Below, one piece after another: positions 36,952-37,655 of a stretch of DNA of 37,655 nucleotides (the first letter of the stretch is position 1; each line of letters starts with the position of its first letter). The stretch lies in the sequence record OQ417968.1, one strand, 5' to 3'. Below the pieces are notes generated by a model, which saw only the letters and a program-made list of their open reading frames with translations, was not told the DNA's origin and did not search any database. Source of the DNA: Mycobacterium phage prophiT36-2b. Both the position numbers and the translations under genes were made by a program.

Positions 36952-37206
36952 TCAACGGTCCGCGAGGAATAGGGCAAATCGGTCGGTTTTGCCAATTCCG
37001 TAGAATCGCCGTCGCTCGCGTGAGCGGGATTGACCTTCGCCCCACAGCATTACGCCGTTCAACGCGTAGACGACACTCGCGTAGGCCGGTGTGCCGGGCA
37101 ATCGGAATACACACTCATGCACCGGGCCTAACACATCCGAGGTGCCACCGTTGGATATCCAGCCGTGCACGAGGGCCGTGCGGGCGTGGTGCTGCGCGTC
37201 GGTCAT
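36952..37206 (-). CDS. Hypothetical protein, 84 aa
   Basis: ORF track. ATGA-coupled to the upstream minus-strand ORF. Confidence 0.45.
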   Translation of the reverse strand: MTDAQHHARTALVHGWISNGGTSDVLGPVHECVFRLPGTPAYASVVYALNGVMLWGEGQSRSRERRRFYGIGKTDRFALFLADR

Positions 37207-37538
37207 CGACTCGCACCCTTGTCATAGGCAGCGACGACGAGCTTCAACACCGCTTCGGCTTGGGCGCGGTCGGCGACTTTGGCGGATAGTAGCTCTCCGG
37301 CCCGATCGCCCATGTAGACGGCCCACCCCGTAACCCAGTCCTTGGCCCACGCCACTGTGCGCAGGGCTCGCATCGCCGCCAGGCAGTCCCCGTCGTCCAC
37401 GATCGCGGTCGCTTCGCAGTCGTAGTGGGCGCGACTGAACGGGCGCTCAGCCTCGTCACCGCTGCGCCGGTATTCGACGTGAGCGCCGCACGCACAGCGT
37501 CGAACCCGAATGGTGGCGCCCTCGGTCGCCCTGCTCAC
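37203..37538 (-). CDS. Hypothetical protein, 111 aa (GTG start)
   Basis: ORF track. Its GTG start overlaps the stop of the repressor C-terminal reading frame (GTGA). Confidence 0.45.
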   Translation of the reverse strand: MSRATEGATIRVRRCACGAHVEYRRSGDEAERPFSRAHYDCEATAIVDDGDCLAAMRALRTVAWAKDWVTGWAVYMGDRAGELLSAKVADRAQAEAVLKLVVAAYDKGASR

Positions 37539-37615
37539 GCCGCGATCCGATCAGGCGTGACGGTCGGCACAGTGCTCATGAATAGGGGGACGATTTGGGC
37601 GTCTTTGTCAGACTT
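37535..37615 (-). other. Orphaned 3' end of the virion-form repressor gene: 26 sense codons (KSDKDAQIVPLFMSTVPTVTPDRIAA) plus stop. In-frame with the attL-side repressor ORF if core 37616-37648 is replaced by core 1-33
   Basis: Manual translation of the minus strand from 37615 in the frame that continues codon 3-1 of the left arm. Confidence 0.55.
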
Positions 37616-37648
37616 GTAATGAATAGGTCAGGGGTTCGATTCCCCTGG
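37616..37648. repeat. attR: attR core. With flanks 37613-37655 it is the 3' half of a tRNA-Thr(UGU)-like gene (anticodon loop CTTGTAA, T-arm AGGGG TTCGATT CCCCT, acceptor GGGTGGC). No tRNA 5' half upstream
   Basis: Direct repeat of 1-33. Manual tRNA alignment against tRNA-Thr(CGT) at 35730. Confidence 0.75.
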
Positions 37649-37655
37649 GTGGCTC

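Noticed and set aside
37571-37655. A complete tRNA gene at the right window edge
   Set aside because: Only the anticodon loop, T-arm and acceptor 3' strand are present. Sequence upstream of 37613 cannot form the D-arm or the 5' acceptor and anticodon stems. This is an att-site remnant, not a full gene.

Overview
This window appears to be a complete integrated siphovirus-type actinobacteriophage (prophage), roughly 65% GC and Mycobacterium-like, bounded by imperfect direct repeats of about 33 bp at 1-33 and 37616-37648. The repeats correspond to the 3' half of a tRNA-Thr(UGU)-like gene, that is an attL/attR core.

Gene layout:
- At attL, an XRE-type repressor gene on the minus strand runs off the left edge of the window, divergent from a cro-like gene.
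- A rightward early operon follows, including a DnaN-like sliding clamp and a winged-helix/zinc-finger initiator-like gene that contains iteron-like 33-bp repeats.
- Next come an HNH endonuclease, putative terS and terL.
- The morphogenesis block is portal, scaffold, HK97-like capsid, head-tail connectors and major tail. It continues with a G/T tail chaperone that has a GGGAAAC -1 slippery site, a 1385-aa tape measure carrying an M23-like motif, and several minor tail proteins.
- The lysis cassette is LysA (M23 + GH25), LysB and a holin.
- After a 14-bp-stem bidirectional terminator there is a lower-GC minus-strand cargo cassette with a signal-peptide protein, a small helical Esx-like protein, a 497-aa WXG-motif toxin, a putative immunity gene and a lipoprotein.
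- The right end holds an intact tRNA-Thr(CGT), a tyrosine integrase whose C-terminus is -DGDAA, two coupled small ORFs, and attR.

The most notable signal is an integration-dependent-immunity architecture. Joining the right arm, the core and the left arm (the inferred attP) restores a 27-codon C-terminal extension of the repressor ending -RIAA, which resembles an ssrA-type tag. Its stop codon overlaps the GTG start of the next ORF in the int operon.
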